64,000 nt of DNA from Hyphochytrium catenoides (Eukaryota; Protista; Hyphochytriomycota): NCBI GenBank assembly GCA_900088475.1, contig FLMG01000355.1, positions 124,001-188,000 of the forward strand, written 5' to 3'. Shown piece after piece: positions 60,958-64,000 of this stretch. The translations under genes and the position numbers were made by a program. The notes beneath the pieces were generated by a model. The model ran no database searches and was not told the origin of the DNA. It saw nothing but the letters and a program-made list of their open reading frames with translations. Every line of letters starts with the position of its first letter. Positions within the stretch are counted from its first letter, which is position 1.

Positions 60958-62169
60958 CTTGCAACCTCCTCAAATGGATTATGGAGCTTTCTACTCCGCA
61001 AGGGTGGTGGGGTTAGCAGTACGTTCCAGTACAAGCGCCGCTCATCCTGGATGCTACGCGATTCGCACGACAGAACCTTCACTCACAATGCCCTATAAAC
61101 GTAGAACGCTTCCAGCATCAGCAGCAAATGAACTCCTCTTAAAGACGACTTCGCGCAGTCTGGTCTTCGTCTTACTTCGCTGATGACTTGGATATAAGTG
61201 ATGGCGAGCTAACTAACGAGAAGTCTTGTTGAGCTGGAGATGGCGAGCTTCGCAAGGGAGCTGGGGAACTGCGAACAGCATCTTCCACTCTCTGTAAAGA
61301 CAAGAAGAAGATGCCTTTGTGTACAAGCCCCGCTCTTTTTGATTACTGATTATTGATTATCCGAGTCCTGCTGTAACGACTTTCTGCGGACCTTCTTTAG
61401 GTTGGCGCTGTCCATCAGTTGGTAGGGTCCAGGCACCCAGCCGGGTGCTGATCGGACAGACGCTCGGGCATCTCAGAGATTTGTGAGCAAAGAGTTCTGA
61501 GATATTTACGGCTCTCTTGTCTCCCAGGAGCAGTCATACGACAACGGAGATCTGAGGTTGCCTATAGCTCCATAAAGGTTACCCTACTCACCGTGAAGCG
61601 AATCTTCTCAAACAGACTGCGGCTAGCCAAGTAGAAGTAGGGGCCGTGCGTGGTGACCAGGGATCTTCTTGGAGTAGTTGTGCTTTGCATTGCAAGGATT
61701 CTACTTATAAAGGCCGATTCCATTGCCCGCAGCGTCTCAGGGGCCTCTTTGGGCTGATTTACATTTCGCTCCCAACGTGCGGCTATGGAGTTCCTCGACG
61801 AACAAGCAGTAGCGTTACAAGAGTTATTAGCATTACTGCTCACAAGAGAGGGATTCTACGTAATCATCTATTTGCCTGTCATGTTGTTTTTTTCTGCGAG
61901 TGACCTTTGGCAGACCTCAGACACAGAGACAACAGGCAGCAATCCCTTGATCCATGTTTCCTAGTTCACAGACTTACTGTTGGCGGAAGAACTACGAAAG
62001 TATACATACAGCTTCTAGTCCTGAGAAACATGGAGCGAGCGTGGACACAACGTCGGGGGGTGATCCTTTGGCTCCCTGCGCATTATATGTAGATCCAGAC
62101 GAAGATGGTAGAGCGCCTTCATCTTATCATGGTGCTATACATCGCCTTCATGTCCTTGACATCACTCTA

Positions 62170-62902
62170 CTAAGAGAGTAGAGTCTTGAACTCTGGGTAC
62201 TCGATCTGGCCGGAACTGTCCGAGTCCACCTTGGCTATCAGCTCCTAAATAGAAGCCTTAGCATGAAGGTGGAAGCCCGTAGAATACTGTCACGGCCAGA
62301 GTATCCACTTTCATTAGATCTAGACTTACCTCAATATTTATGGTCAGACCAAAGTCGACCTTGATGATATTAACCAGAGTACTTCTCTTCACGTGACCGG
62401 TTTTGTCAGGATTGCCTCCGCAAGCTACAAATGCGTCAACTGACAAAAGTTATTGGTATCAATTCCTCCACAGCATCCTTGTTTGAGGACTGATCTTCTC
62501 ATTCCACGTACCCATATCAGTTTCGTCATCGTATTGGGCAGCCCTCTTCTTTTGACTCTCAATTACCTTAAGAAACTCCGTAAAATCTGTAGAGAAGATC
62601 TGTTCATGTCGTGGAACTTTGAATGCGCAAAAACTGCTCTCAGTACCTATGGACCCACTCATATTATCGTCAACCTCACTAATCATCTGGAAGAGCTCCT
62701 CCTCGGTCGGATTCTGGCCCATAGCTGCAAGAAGAGATAGTGGTTAATAGCAATAAGGGCGAGAAGGGAAAAATCTCGTACCCTCTAAGACTTCTCGCAG
62801 CTCCCAAACATCAATTGTGCCGCTGAGATCCTTGTCAAAGGCCAAGAATGCGTCCCGACACCCATCAATCTCATCCTGACTAAGGATGCCAGCCCTCTGC
62901 AT
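62170..62902 (-). CDS. Calmodulin-like EF-hand protein, outer-arm dynein light chain LC4 (18 kDa)-like
   Basis: MQRAGILSQDEIDGCRDAFLAFDKDLSGTIDVWEL..|MGQNPTEEELFQMISEVDDNMSGSI|DFTEFL..|VDAFVACGGNPDKTG..DFGLTINIE|ELIAKVDSDSSGQIEYPEFKTLLS*. The DAFVAxGGxxDKxG and F.LT.NI segments match the LC4 pattern. Confidence 0.85.
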
Positions 62903-63433
62903 AATTCAAAACTCCACCCGGTGCCAGTCTTGGCTCTGCTCACCCAGCAGCTAAGTAACCTCTCCACTGAGATGAAACGCTATCTGCGCGTTAAGCCTTT
63001 TGGGCACCCAAATTGGCGGCTTCCAGAATGCTCCAGATTGTAGAAGACGAGGTAGCTTTGTAAGCGCTCTTCCGGTCTAAGTAGAGCTCGTAATGGTTGA
63101 TGATAGATCTATATCCATACAGAGCCACCTCACCCTCGGGGCAGCGGAAGTTCAAGCGACACTTTGCGGCCTTTCCACCACTTCCGACCCTCTACTGTAC
63201 CGTTTTACTCCAGGTGCTGCTGGACAAGTAAGCTTTACCATTAAGTACAGCAGATCTAGTGGACTTATACTTACTACCGTTTGGCTAACATTTTGGGTGA
63301 AAACGCTGCCTTGCAATTACCCGCCTACTTGGGCGTGATAACCCTCCACGTACTTGTTATACTTACATAGCGCGCACTTTCTGCCCAGCTCCCAGGGACG
63401 CCATCAGCTCGGCTCTGTTGCCACAGAAGGCAA

Positions 63434-63553
63434 GGCCTGACACGGCTATACACTGATGGCCTGCCACAGCTCTACGCTGATGGCCTGACAAAGCTATACA
63501 CTGATGGCCTGACCCAGCTATACGCTAATGGCCTGACACAGCTATACACTGAT
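63434..63553 (+). repeat. 24-bp minisatellite, 5 copies, possibly coding (GLTRLYTD-type octapeptide)
   Basis: Units like ggcctgacacggctatacactgat. They read open as GLTRLYTD GLPQLYAD GLTKLYTD GLTQLYAN GLTQLYTD and are followed by GAACAG|GTTAG, a possible splice donor. Confidence 0.85.
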
Positions 63554-64000
63554 GAACAGGTTAGGAGACTTGTGGCCATGCTGTGGTTTGTACCAAAATT
63601 ACATTCAGGCTTTTTATTTATTTATAGTTTAGAGATGGACACATAGAGGCCCAGAACGAAAGTGTCTGGAGCAAGAATCCGCTCCATTGCATGAGAGATA
63701 AGCATAAGAAGTCCGGCATTGAGAAGGATCTTAGGTTCTACTGCCCACCATCTCCCGCCTCACTACTTTGGGGCGGGGTTCCTGGTTCTTGAACAGGTGT
63801 CCCTGCCATCAGCGTCTCATGTTAGGGGTTATCAAGTAGGTACCTAGTGCGATGTAAGCCTTACAGTACCTTCAGAATCCTCATTGGCCATACCGGAAGA
63901 CTGGGTCTCAGAGAGTGCGATGCTCTCTTGCGTAGTCTCACCCTGGTTATTTCCGGACTCAACCTTGGCCTGCTTCCGGACAGGTTCAAGCCTCATAGAT

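Noticed and set aside
63434-63553. Possible CRISPR-like array
   Set aside because: Units are contiguous with no unique spacers, and the context is eukaryotic; it is a minisatellite.

Overview
A 64 kb gene-dense eukaryotic nuclear segment (standard code, short GT-AG introns mostly ~45-230 nt, many with AAG acceptors). It is probably from a flagellated protist; a stramenopile/SAR-like origin is inferred from gene content, not verified. Recognisable genes: AOX, an R3H+ankyrin protein, a secreted GH6 cellulase, a secreted unknown protein, a YisB-like HNH protein, SNIP1/Pml1, RRP36, NDUFA9, an EDR2-like PH-START-DUF1336 protein, RAD51C, a CBM20-TPS-TPP fusion, a histidine phosphatase, two perilipin-like proteins, a PB1 protein, SRP14, a CEP72-like LRR protein, a ~12.4 kb VPS13 gene ending in a PDZ domain, and a dynein LC4-like EF-hand protein. 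The main find is absent from the ORF track: a three-exon, 32-codon upstream ORF (MGKKVDEGAIVYLDTAYKGTVELTVGPWLCPS*) that stops 53 nt before the TPS/TPP start and ends in a Pro-Ser-stop motif. The TPS/TPP protein below it has lost canonical catalytic residues in both domains. Together they suggest a candidate nascent-peptide-controlled sugar-phosphate sensor module. All exon models were read by eye and no searches were run. No tRNA, rRNA or CRISPR was seen.
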